DNA of 64,000 nucleotides. Origin: Candidatus Multivoradales bacterium. GTDB lineage: Bacteria; Acidobacteriota; Thermoanaerobaculia; Multivoradales; Multivoraceae. The notes under the pieces are model-generated. The model ran no database searches, was not told the DNA's origin, and saw only the letters and a program-made list of their open reading frames with translations. A program made the translations under genes and the position numbers. The stretch lies in contig CBDCWI010000002.1 of assembly GCA_965223325.1 (NCBI GenBank), positions 3,776,001-3,840,000 of the forward strand, read 5' to 3'. Positions 55,457 through 64,000 of the stretch are shown in pieces; positions within the stretch are counted from its first letter, which is position 1, and every line of letters starts with the position of its first letter.

Positions 55457-56335
55457 GTGATTTCAGATCAAGCCCGAAACAAGAACCTGTCGACTGGTCC
55501 CACCCCCCCTCGAGGTGTGCGGCGGGCGCGTCAGCGCTATCAGTACCGCGCCGAACTCGGTGAGCTGGGCCTGGCCAAGATCCTCTACACGATCCACCAG
55601 CACGACGTGCCTGGGGTCGTGCGCGTCGTTCATGACGGGGCGGTTCGGCAGATCTACGTCCGCAATGGCGAGATCGTGCATGCCGCATCCTCGGAGCTCT
55701 CCGACTCGCTTGGCTCCTGGCTGATAGAGGCTGGTCTGATCTCCAGCGACGAATACCAGCAGGTCAGGCGCCAGGGTCGCTCGACGAGTCGTCCGATGGG
55801 CCAGCGCCTGATCGACCGGGGTTTGCTTTCGCCGTCGGTCGTTGGTTCGGCCCTCAAGCGTCATGTCGAGGCAATCGTCTGGCGGACGTTCGCCTGGGAA
55901 CGCGGCGAGGTCACCTTCATGATCGGCGAATTCGATGAGCCGGTCCCGAGCACGATCCGGCTGCCCGTGCGGCTGGCCATCAAGTTGGGAATTCGACAGT
56001 TCGCACGCCCGTTGGAGCTGGTGGCCAAGCTGGGCCCGGACAGTCGCTACGCACTGCGTGCCGATGTCGAGGACCTGATTGCGCTCGAGTTCGACAGTGT
56101 CGAGATGGGGCTGATCAAGAGAATCGACGGCAGGGCGAGGGTTCGGGATCTGTGCTCTTCGAAAGAGCTATCCCCGGTCGACAGCGCTAGAATCCTCTAC
56201 GCGCTGCGGGTGCTCAACCTCTTGCGTACGGAGAGAGAGGCCTCGGCAGATGGCGCGGCCCGCAGTCCCGGTTCCCGGAGGCCCGGCTCTCAGAGTTCAG
56301 GGTCGGGGGGGATCAGGATCCGGCTGTCGACCTAA
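55457..56335 (+). CDS. DUF4388 (PatA-N-like) domain protein
   Basis: IYVRNGEIVHAAS...LGSWLIEAGLIS...FAWERGEVTF. Confidence 0.75.
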   Translation: MISDQARNKNLSTGPTPPRGVRRARQRYQYRAELGELGLAKILYTIHQHDVPGVVRVVHDGAVRQIYVRNGEIVHAASSELSDSLGSWLIEAGLISSDEYQQVRRQGRSTSRPMGQRLIDRGLLSPSVVGSALKRHVEAIVWRTFAWERGEVTFMIGEFDEPVPSTIRLPVRLAIKLGIRQFARPLELVAKLGPDSRYALRADVEDLIALEFDSVEMGLIKRIDGRARVRDLCSSKELSPVDSARILYALRVLNLLRTEREASADGAARSPGSRRPGSQSSGSGGIRIRLST

Positions 56336-56479
56336 GGGCTGCCGGTTGCGTCCGCTGCCGGACGTCACGAACCGCAGCGAAAAGGCGTGCTTCGGCCCTA
56401 CGCGAAACGTCGGGTAGGAGGCACAGGTAGTGTTTGGCTGCTGGATACGTGTCCACCAGCTTTCAGGAGACGATAGAGA

Positions 56480-56821
56480 ATGCCTCTTTACGAATACCAA
56501 TGTGGAAAGTGTGGGACCTCGGTCGAGGTGATCCACGGCGTGAGTGAGAAGGGCCCGGCGACCTGTAAGGAAAAGGGCTGCCGCGGTCGCATGCAGCGCC
56601 AGATTTCTGCGCCCGCGTTCCAGTTCAAAGGCTCAGGCTGGTACGTCACCGACTACGGCAAGGGCGGTAGTGGTGGAGGCAAAACGGAAAAGTCCTCGGA
56701 CTCTGAGAGTTCGTCGGCGAGCGAGAGTTCGTCTTCTGAGAAGAGCGGAAGCGACAGCAAAGCCAAGGACGACAAGAAGTCGTCGAAGAAGGAAAAGAAG
56801 GACAAGAAGGCCACCGGCTAG
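56480..56821 (+). CDS. FmdB family zinc-ribbon protein
   Basis: MPLYEYQCGKCG...FQFKGSGWYVTDY, Ser/Lys-rich tail. Confidence 0.9.
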   Translation: MPLYEYQCGKCGTSVEVIHGVSEKGPATCKEKGCRGRMQRQISAPAFQFKGSGWYVTDYGKGGSGGGKTEKSSDSESSSASESSSSEKSGSDSKAKDDKKSSKKEKKDKKATG

Positions 56822-56871
56822 TACGAGGGCGAGGACCGCTCAGACGCGGTGCGGTTCACTGGTACGGGGTA

Positions 56872-58317
56872 CTAGCGGCTATTGGCCGCCGACCAAACCT
56901 CTTCGTCGACGGAACTGTTCTTCTCGTTGTCTTTGCCGTTTCCCTTGCGACCGGTAAGACCCGCCTTCTTGGCGTAGTAGCGAAACGACCGGAAGCTCAT
57001 CCCGAGTAGCTCGGCGGCCTGCGTCTGAACGTTGTCGGTGCGCTCTAGAGCTTCGCTCATCAATCGTGCGCGAATCCCTTCGAGGTAGTCCTCGAGGTTC
57101 AGGCCGTCGTCGGGCAGGCTGATCGTGTCGGAAGGGTCGCTCGCCTGCTGGCTCAAGTGAGAGGGCAGGTCGCTGGTTTCGATGGAGTCGGAGGAGGCCA
57201 GGGCCAGACAGCGCTCGACCAGGTTCTCGAGCTCGCGCACGTTACCGGGCCAAGGGTAGTTCTCGAGCACGCGAATGGCTTCCATCGAGAAGCGTGCCGG
57301 CTCGGTTCCCATCTGTTCTCCGAACTTGCGCAAGAAGTGGTCGGTGAGAAGAGAGATATCTTCGCGACGCTCGCGAAGTGGCGGTAGCTCAATCGGGATG
57401 ACGTTGATGCGGTAGAAGAGGTCTTCGCGAAACTCGCCCGACTCGATCAGGCCGGCAAGGTCGCGGTTGGTCGCCGCGATGATGCGCACGTCAACGGGTT
57501 CTTCACGGTTGCCACCGACTTTGCGTACGGTCTTCTCCTGGAGCGCGCGCAGTAGCTTGACCTGCATCGGTGGGGTCATCTCGCCGATCTCGTCGAGGAA
57601 CAGGGTTCCGTTGCTGGCCTCCTGGAAGAGACCCTTCTTCTCGCGCACCGCGCCGGTGAAGGCTCCCTTCTCATGGCCAAAGAGTTCGCTTTCGAGCAGG
57701 TTCTCAGGCAGTGCCCCACAGTTGATCGACAGGAAGCGCGAGTTGGAGCGTGGGCTGTTGTAGTGCACGGCGCGGGCGATGAGCTCCTTGCCCGTGCCGC
57801 TCTCGCCGCGCACCATCACGGTCGAGTTGGTGCGTGCGACCTTCTCGATGAGCTCGAAGATCGCCTGCATCTTGCGACTTCGGCCGATGATGTTGGAGAA
57901 CGTGTACTTCTGCTCGAGCTCGCGCCGCAAGTAAACGTTCTCTTCGACCAGTTCGGTGCGCTCGAGTGCCTTCTCGACCAGGACCTTCAGCTCCTCGACA
58001 TCGAAGGGCTTCGAGACGTAGTCATAGGCCCCGAGTCGCATCGCCTCGATAGCTGACTTGGTCGATGTGTAGGCGGTCATGACGATCACCGTCGTCTTGT
58101 CGTCGTTCTCTTTGATCTCCTTGAGAACATCGAGCCCACTGCCGTCGGGCATCATGAGGTCGCAGAGGACGAGATCGAAGGTGGTCTCCGAAAGGCAGCG
58201 ACGCGCGTCGGCAACCGACTCGGCCGTGCTGACCTGGAAACCGTCTTCCTCGAACAGGAGGCGAATGAACTCGAGAAGACTGATCTCGTCGTCGACGACA
58301 AGAATTCGTGCGCTCAT
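56872..58317 (-). CDS. pilR: Sigma-54 response regulator PilR
   Basis: REC, GESGTGKE, GAFTGA, LGMSFRSFRY HTH; located in the pil cluster. Confidence 0.88.
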   Translation of the reverse strand: MSARILVVDDEISLLEFIRLLFEEDGFQVSTAESVADARRCLSETTFDLVLCDLMMPDGSGLDVLKEIKENDDKTTVIVMTAYTSTKSAIEAMRLGAYDYVSKPFDVEELKVLVEKALERTELVEENVYLRRELEQKYTFSNIIGRSRKMQAIFELIEKVARTNSTVMVRGESGTGKELIARAVHYNSPRSNSRFLSINCGALPENLLESELFGHEKGAFTGAVREKKGLFQEASNGTLFLDEIGEMTPPMQVKLLRALQEKTVRKVGGNREEPVDVRIIAATNRDLAGLIESGEFREDLFYRINVIPIELPPLRERREDISLLTDHFLRKFGEQMGTEPARFSMEAIRVLENYPWPGNVRELENLVERCLALASSDSIETSDLPSHLSQQASDPSDTISLPDDGLNLEDYLEGIRARLMSEALERTDNVQTQAAELLGMSFRSFRYYAKKAGLTGRKGNGKDNEKNSSVDEEVWSAANSR

Positions 58318-60008
58318 GAGACGGAGACCTCGGCATAGGGAAGTGCCTGCGGAGCGACCGGAGATGGCAGTGCGACCTCGACCACGGTGCCGGACCCCTG
58401 TTCGCTCCTGACGGATATTCGACCCCCGTGTTCTTCAACGATGCGGTAGACGATAGCCATTCCAATTCCAGTGCCGCCGTCGAAGAAGGTGCGGAACGGG
58501 TGAAAGAGGTTGCTTCGCTCCTTCTCGGACATGCCGCGGCCGTCGTCGCGAAAACGGATGATGTAGTCGCCGTCGTCGAGCGTTCCCTCGACCTCGAGCG
58601 TTCCTCCGTTGGGCATCGCACGGATCGAGTTGCGGGTCAGGTTCCAGAAGATCTGTGTGATCTGGTCTGGATCACCGACCACGTGGGCGCTCGGCGTGTC
58701 CAGCGTGATCGTGATGGCGTGCCGGTCGGTGACCTCTTCGCTGTTCTTGAGCAGGGTGACGTTCTCGGTGAGCAACTTGGCGATGTCGAATTGCACAGCC
58801 GAGCGGTCTTTGGGGCGCGCGAACTGCAAGAAGCCCTTGATCGTGCGGTCGAGACGGCGGCTCTCCTGGAGGATGATGTCGAGCAGTTTGGCGTCGGAGC
58901 CGTCGTTGCGGTTGCTGCTCTGGCGACGGTTGAGCATCTGCACCGAGCCCGAGATTGCCGCTAAGGGGTTGCCGATCTCGTGTGCGATGCCAGCGGCCAG
59001 CTCACCGACTGCCGCCATTCGGTCCTTCATCTGGACCTCCTCCTGCAGCTCGCGCCAGCTGGTCAGGTCCTGGAAGATGACGATGGTTCCGCGCCGTTCG
59101 CCGGCGGGGTTGAGCAGGTCGTTGACCGAGTAGCCGACCCATAGCGAGTCGTTCTCGCGCTCGACCAGCCCTTCGTCGCGCACTCGTTCTTGACGGTTGG
59201 AGGTCAGGTGCTCCCAACGTTCGCGCGACATGAGGCCGGAGTCTTCGACGCGCAGGCCAACCAGGGTCGCCTCGTTGCGCCCCAGGATCTCAGCGGCCGC
59301 TCGATTGGCGCTCACGATCGTGCCTTCGAGATCTGTGGTGAGGATGCCGCTGGCGATCGATTCGATGACGTCGCGGTGAAGCACCTCGAGCTGCTCGAGG
59401 TGAGTCGCCGTTTGCACCAGCTCTTCGCGCACCCGGGTGATGTCGCGCGCCAGGTGCGACGTGAGGACCGCCACGCCGGCAAAGCCCAGGAGGTGTGAGA
59501 AGAGGTTGTAGACCAGCAGGTTGAACGGTGTTGGTTCGGCGGTGGCGCCGAGTGGCCCAGGTGGCGGCGGGATGAGCCCGTAGAAAAGGCCGACCAGCAG
59601 TCCTGCGTAGAGCAGCCAGGCGATGAGCGCGATATCCATTGCCGCACGCCGGCGCAAGAGCGATGCGGCGACACTGATGACGACCAGATAGAGGATCGAG
59701 AATGGACTCGACACCCCGCCCTCGGCCCACACCAGTCCGGTGATGAACAAGAGGTCACCGAGAAACTGAATGTAGGCCTGGAGCTTGAGTCGGTCATCGA
59801 GGACTTTTAGAAGAGCAACATAGAGAAGGGACGCGCCGTAGACTCCTGCCGCCAAGGGGTAGAACAGCGGCATGCTCACTTCCGACTCCTCCGAGAGCCG
59901 GATGACCTGCAATAGGAAGTACAGCAGGAAGCCGCTCGTCACCACCGCAAGGCGGATCCCGATGAGCCACTTGAGCTGGCTGGCGAGTGGGTTCAAGCGT
60001 TGCTGCAT
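58314..60008 (-). CDS. pilS: Sensor histidine kinase PilS
   Basis: Six TM, GGVSSPFSILY, PAS, AHEIGNPL. Confidence 0.85.
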   Translation of the reverse strand: MQQRLNPLASQLKWLIGIRLAVVTSGFLLYFLLQVIRLSEESEVSMPLFYPLAAGVYGASLLYVALLKVLDDRLKLQAYIQFLGDLLFITGLVWAEGGVSSPFSILYLVVISVAASLLRRRAAMDIALIAWLLYAGLLVGLFYGLIPPPPGPLGATAEPTPFNLLVYNLFSHLLGFAGVAVLTSHLARDITRVREELVQTATHLEQLEVLHRDVIESIASGILTTDLEGTIVSANRAAAEILGRNEATLVGLRVEDSGLMSRERWEHLTSNRQERVRDEGLVERENDSLWVGYSVNDLLNPAGERRGTIVIFQDLTSWRELQEEVQMKDRMAAVGELAAGIAHEIGNPLAAISGSVQMLNRRQSSNRNDGSDAKLLDIILQESRRLDRTIKGFLQFARPKDRSAVQFDIAKLLTENVTLLKNSEEVTDRHAITITLDTPSAHVVGDPDQITQIFWNLTRNSIRAMPNGGTLEVEGTLDDGDYIIRFRDDGRGMSEKERSNLFHPFRTFFDGGTGIGMAIVYRIVEEHGGRISVRSEQGSGTVVEVALPSPVAPQALPYAEVSVS

Positions 60009-60073
60009 TGCACCCTTTGTACGGTTGCGACGGACCCCGAGGCCGGTTGGCCTCGGGATCGAAAGCGGGGGGC

Positions 60074-61279
60074 CTAACCGATCTTCTGGAGAATCGAGTA
60101 CATGGGCATGTACATCGCGGTAACGATCGTGCCGATGACTCCACCGAGCACGGTGATCATGATCGGTTCGAGTAGTTTCATCAGACCGTCGACGGCGGTG
60201 TCGACTTCGTCTTCGTAGAAGTCGGCGATCTTCGAGAGCATGGCGTCGAGCGCACCGGTCTGCTCACCGACGTTGATCATCTGGCAGACCATCGGTGGAA
60301 AGATGCCGCTCTCGGCCAGCGGATCACTGATCGTCTTACCTTCTTCGACCTGTTTGCGAACACCCATGATGGCGTCTTCGACGACCTTGTTACCGGAGGT
60401 CTTGGCGGTGATCTCGAGGCCATCGAGGATCGGAACACCGGAAGACGTGAGCGTCGCGAGCGTGCGGCAGAAACGAGCCACCGCGATCTTGAGCAGCAGC
60501 ATGCCGATGACTGGCACCTTGAGCAGAAGCGTGTCGGTGATCTTGCGACCCGAGTCCGTAGTCCGCCACTGCTTGATACCGAAGATGATGCCGCCGATAG
60601 CGAGGAACATCCAAATCGCGTAGCGACCGAGGAAGTTGCTCGCTCCGATGACCATACGGGTCAAGAACGGCAACTCACCGCCCAGGCCAGAGAACATCGA
60701 GGCGAAGACCGGAATGACCTTCCACAGGATGATGAAGACAACGCCACTCGCGATGACGATGATCGCGACCGGATACATCATGGCCGACTGGACCTGGTTG
60801 CGCAGTTTGACGACCTTTTCGATGTAGGTCGACAGGCGCTGCAGGATGACGTCGAGGATACCGCCGGCCTCACCGGCGGCGATCATGTTGACGTACAGGT
60901 TGTCGAACGCCTTGGGGTACTTCTTCATTGCGTCGGCAAGCGAAAGGCCCTGTTCAACCTCGCCCCGCACGCCGGTGATGATCTCGGAGAACGCCTTGTT
61001 CTCGCCGGAGTTGCCGAGGATCTCGAGGCACTGGACGAGGGGTAGACCCGCGTCGAGCATGACCGAGAACTGGCGCGTGAAGACCGCCAGGTCCTTCTGT
61101 GAGACCCTGCGTGGCATGCGCGGCATGAGCTTGATCTCGCCGCCTTGCTTCTTGACCGACGAGACTTGAATCTGCTGGCGCTTCAAAGCCGCGATCGCGG
61201 CGTCGCGATTGTCCGCGGTCAGAACACCTTCCTGGACCTGGCCAGTGCGGTTCTTTCCCTTCCAAGTAAAACTGGGCAT
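60074..61279 (-). CDS. pilC: Type IV pilus platform protein PilC
   Basis: FTRQFSVMLDAGLPL, AGEAGGILD, GEQTGALD, LEP. Confidence 0.93.
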   Translation of the reverse strand: MPSFTWKGKNRTGQVQEGVLTADNRDAAIAALKRQQIQVSSVKKQGGEIKLMPRMPRRVSQKDLAVFTRQFSVMLDAGLPLVQCLEILGNSGENKAFSEIITGVRGEVEQGLSLADAMKKYPKAFDNLYVNMIAAGEAGGILDVILQRLSTYIEKVVKLRNQVQSAMMYPVAIIVIASGVVFIILWKVIPVFASMFSGLGGELPFLTRMVIGASNFLGRYAIWMFLAIGGIIFGIKQWRTTDSGRKITDTLLLKVPVIGMLLLKIAVARFCRTLATLTSSGVPILDGLEITAKTSGNKVVEDAIMGVRKQVEEGKTISDPLAESGIFPPMVCQMINVGEQTGALDAMLSKIADFYEDEVDTAVDGLMKLLEPIMITVLGGVIGTIVTAMYMPMYSILQKIG

Positions 61280-61285
61280 CTGTTT

Positions 61286-62395
61286 CTACCTCCGGGCTGC
61301 CGCTTCGGGCGACATACCGATTGCCGCGGGACCGCGACTGATGATTTCCTGAAGTTCGTCGGGCATAGAAGAACGCGCCACCGCCATCTGCAAGGTGATC
61401 TGGCGCTTGAAATAGAGAGTCGCGAGCGACTGGTTGAAAGTGATCATTCCGTGCTTCGCCTGACCCGACTGCATCATGCCGTAGATCTGGTGCACCTTGT
61501 CCTCGCGGATGAGGTTGCGAATCGCCGAGTTCGGGATCAGAACCTCCATTGCCATGGCGCGACCCTTACCGCTCGCTTTGGGCAGCAGGCTCTGACAGAC
61601 GATGCCTTCGAGAACGAAGGAGAGCTGGGTGCGGACCTGCGACTGTTGATGAGCAGGGAAAACGTCGATGATGCGGTTGATCGACTGGGCGGCCGAGTTC
61701 GTGTGCAGGGTGGCGAAGGTGAGATGGCCGGTTTCGGCAATGCGCAGTGCGGACTCGACGGTTTCGTAGTCGCGCAGCTCACCGATGAGAACGACGTCGG
61801 GATCCTGGCGCAGAGCTGAACGCAGGGCATTGGCGAAACCGTGAGTGTCGGCTCCGAGCTCGCGCTGGTTGATCAGGCACGCCTTGTGGTCGTGCAGGTA
61901 CTCAACCGGATCTTCGATGGTGATGATGTGCTCGTTGCGTTCGCGGTTGATCTTGTCGACCATGGCCGCGAGAGTCGTCGACTTACCCGAACCAGTCGGG
62001 CCACACACCAGGACGAGGCCGCGCGGCTTCTCGCAGATCTTCTCGATGACCGCCGGCAGACCGAGCTGGTTGAAGCTCAGGATCTCGTACGGAATCTGTC
62101 GGAAGACAGCAGCGATCGCGCCACGTTGGTGGAACACGTTGGCACGGAAGCGCGCCATGCCCCGAATCCCGAACGAGAAGTCGATCTCGAGGTCTTCCTC
62201 GAGACGATGCTTCTGGTTGTCGGTCAGGATCGAGTAAGCGATCTGCTTGGTCTCAGTCGGCGTCAGCGGCGGCACGTTGAGAGCGCGCAACTTGCCGTCG
62301 ACCCGGATCTGGGGAGCGGAGTTGATGGTCAAGTGAAGGTCAGAACCCTTCTGCTCGACCATGGTCTTCAGTAGTGCATTTAGACTCGGCGGCAT
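61286..62395 (-). CDS. pilT: Type IV pilus retraction ATPase PilT
   Basis: GPTGSGKSTT, TIEDPVE, LRQDPD, AETGHL, AIRNLIRE. Confidence 0.96.
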   Translation of the reverse strand: MPPSLNALLKTMVEQKGSDLHLTINSAPQIRVDGKLRALNVPPLTPTETKQIAYSILTDNQKHRLEEDLEIDFSFGIRGMARFRANVFHQRGAIAAVFRQIPYEILSFNQLGLPAVIEKICEKPRGLVLVCGPTGSGKSTTLAAMVDKINRERNEHIITIEDPVEYLHDHKACLINQRELGADTHGFANALRSALRQDPDVVLIGELRDYETVESALRIAETGHLTFATLHTNSAAQSINRIIDVFPAHQQSQVRTQLSFVLEGIVCQSLLPKASGKGRAMAMEVLIPNSAIRNLIREDKVHQIYGMMQSGQAKHGMITFNQSLATLYFKRQITLQMAVARSSMPDELQEIISRGPAAIGMSPEAAARR

Positions 62396-62615
62396 ATGGA
62401 ACCTCTCCTTGAGACCTGGCCTGGTCTGTTCTCGAGGCGTCGGCGAGTCTACCGGAAGAAAGCGCCTATGAAAAGTGGTGAAGCTAGCAAATCGTTGCTA
62501 ATTGTTGGTTCCGGCTGACGCAAAACGTCAAGGATGACAGGCGGTGTCAGCGTTCTGTACCGGCCAATGTGCGGCTAAATGCTGCCAACCCTTGGGGTTT
62601 CGGGGTTGGCCCGTG

Positions 62616-63236
62616 CTAGCCCTCGGCGGCCTGGGGCGCCCCGTCGATGGCCCCCGACGTCTCGATTCGCGCCATCACGTCCAGCAGTTCGGTGACGCGT
62701 GCGGACGAGTCGTCACCCGCCGGGTAGCGGTAGCTGAGAACCAGCTGGCGGTTGTCGGCTGGGTGAATCGCAAAGATCCGAGTCTCTTCCACCCGCTGGC
62801 CGTCGAGGTCGTACTGCCCACGCCCGTAGGCGGCTTCGCCGAGGTGGGCGATCAGCTTGTTGGCGCCCGAGAAGGAGCCACCGGGTTCGGCGAGAAAGAG
62901 ATCCTTCTGAGCATTGGCCAGCGCGACGACGTCGATTCCGAACTCGGAGGGTTCGCCGACTTCGAACCACAGTCGACCGGAACGCTCGTCGGCCGGGGCG
63001 AGGACCAGCTCGCTTCCCTGATTGGTTTCGACACGCAGGGTTTCGGGGACCGAGGCGAGATGAAGATTGAGAGCCTGGTTGACCAGCACCTCTTCGGCCG
63101 CCGGCTCTCGTCCGTCGCCCGGCTGGCAGGCCGCCAGGAGGAGCAATGTCAAAGCGAGCGGTGCCAAAACGAGAGCAGCCGAGGCGGTAGGTGGCTCGGT
63201 CGAACGAAACGTCGGGCCAACTGAGAAGAACGACAT
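62616..63236 (-). CDS. Hypothetical lipoprotein
   Basis: Lipobox LAAC; RBS AGGAGG before ATG 63236. Confidence 0.7.
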   Translation of the reverse strand: MSFFSVGPTFRSTEPPTASAALVLAPLALTLLLLAACQPGDGREPAAEEVLVNQALNLHLASVPETLRVETNQGSELVLAPADERSGRLWFEVGEPSEFGIDVVALANAQKDLFLAEPGGSFSGANKLIAHLGEAAYGRGQYDLDGQRVEETRIFAIHPADNRQLVLSYRYPAGDDSSARVTELLDVMARIETSGAIDGAPQAAEG

Positions 63237-63464
63237 GCAAGGACCTCCTGACGACGGTACCTCGAAGCAGTGAACTCCAGGTCGCGACACATCACCGGTT
63301 CGAGGGCTGGGTGAGGTAGCTTTCGAACTCGTGGCGTGGACCAGGAAACGCGGAACGTTGCCCAACTATAATCACCGTTCTCTTTCTTCGTCCCGCGGTG
63401 CACATTGAGAGACGGACGGTCCGAAACCGCTCTCGCTGAGCGCCGTACGAACCGGAGGTCCAGC

Positions 63465-64000
63465 ATGACCACGATTCCCGTCGATCGCACTCCTCTCCAC
63501 CGATCTGGTCTGAACCGATCTGGCGCAAAGCGCGCCGTCCAGCACCACGTCGCAAGGGTGCTGAACCTCGTCCCTGACTCTGCCCAGGATCTGATCGGCA
63601 CATCGGTCGACGAGGCGCGCGAGATCTTGCGGCGCTCATGGCTGGGTGATCCCAAGGAGCCGATGGCCCTGCACGGTTCCTTTGCCTTGGTCGCAGAGGT
63701 GCGCGAGAAGGTTCTCCTGGCGCGCTCGCTCGATCGCCCGCTGCGCTACTTCCTGGCCAAAGAAGCGGACGGTCCGCTGTTGATCGTCGCCGAGCGCATC
63801 GCCGACATCGAGCGCGCCCTGGCGGAGCATGGCTACCAGGACCAGTTTCACCCGTCGTACACCCGCATGGTGCCGGCGCACCACACGACGGTTCTGCGGC
63901 TGATCGGTTGTCCCGACCCGCAGCCCCTCGCCCGTCGCTTCTTCGACCCACCGATGGCCGTCCTGCCGCCCGACCTCGACCTCATCGGCGAGCGCTACGT
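63465..64000 (+). CDS. Asparagine-synthase-related protein, N-terminal part (runs off the window end)
   Basis: RBS GGAGG; open frame MTTIPVD...GSFALV...LARSLDRPLRYFLAK...FHPSYTRMVPAHH...GCPDP; family recalled from memory, catalytic domain not in the window. Confidence 0.55.
   Translation, partial: MTTIPVDRTPLHRSGLNRSGAKRAVQHHVARVLNLVPDSAQDLIGTSVDEAREILRRSWLGDPKEPMALHGSFALVAEVREKVLLARSLDRPLRYFLAKEADGPLLIVAERIADIERALAEHGYQDQFHPSYTRMVPAHHTTVLRLIGCPDPQPLARRFFDPPMAVLPPDLDLIGERY

Overview
GC-rich bacterial chromosome segment. GWxTD/VWA proteins and the gene content suggest Acidobacteriota (inference). 1-30 kb is mostly housekeeping: maf, two GWxTD-VWA proteins, M64 peptidase, nnrS, cysteine desulfurase-mnmA, rsmI, slt, prmC-prfA, a sigma-54 two-component pair, comF and tRNA-Ala, plus a 272-bp tandem repeat. 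tRNA-Sec follows, with 134-bp tandem repeats carrying its 3' end. 31.2-54.0 kb is a chromosomal integron with the integrase co-oriented with the array ('inverted' layout) and about 30 attC-delimited cassettes. The array holds a duplicated first cassette, eight consecutive toxin-antitoxin(-like) cassettes with apparently leaderless promoters (several toxins frameshifted), and three copies or remnants of an IS110/IS1111-type element inserted at the same position of attC sites. The long 3' non-coding end of that element contains motifs matching its own donor and target junctions: a candidate bridge/seekRNA, apparently with two target-binding loops. 54-64 kb holds moeA, a DUF4388 protein, a zinc-ribbon protein, pilT-pilC-pilS-pilR and a partial asparagine-synthase-like gene. 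All calls come from reading the sequence by eye; no database searches were run.
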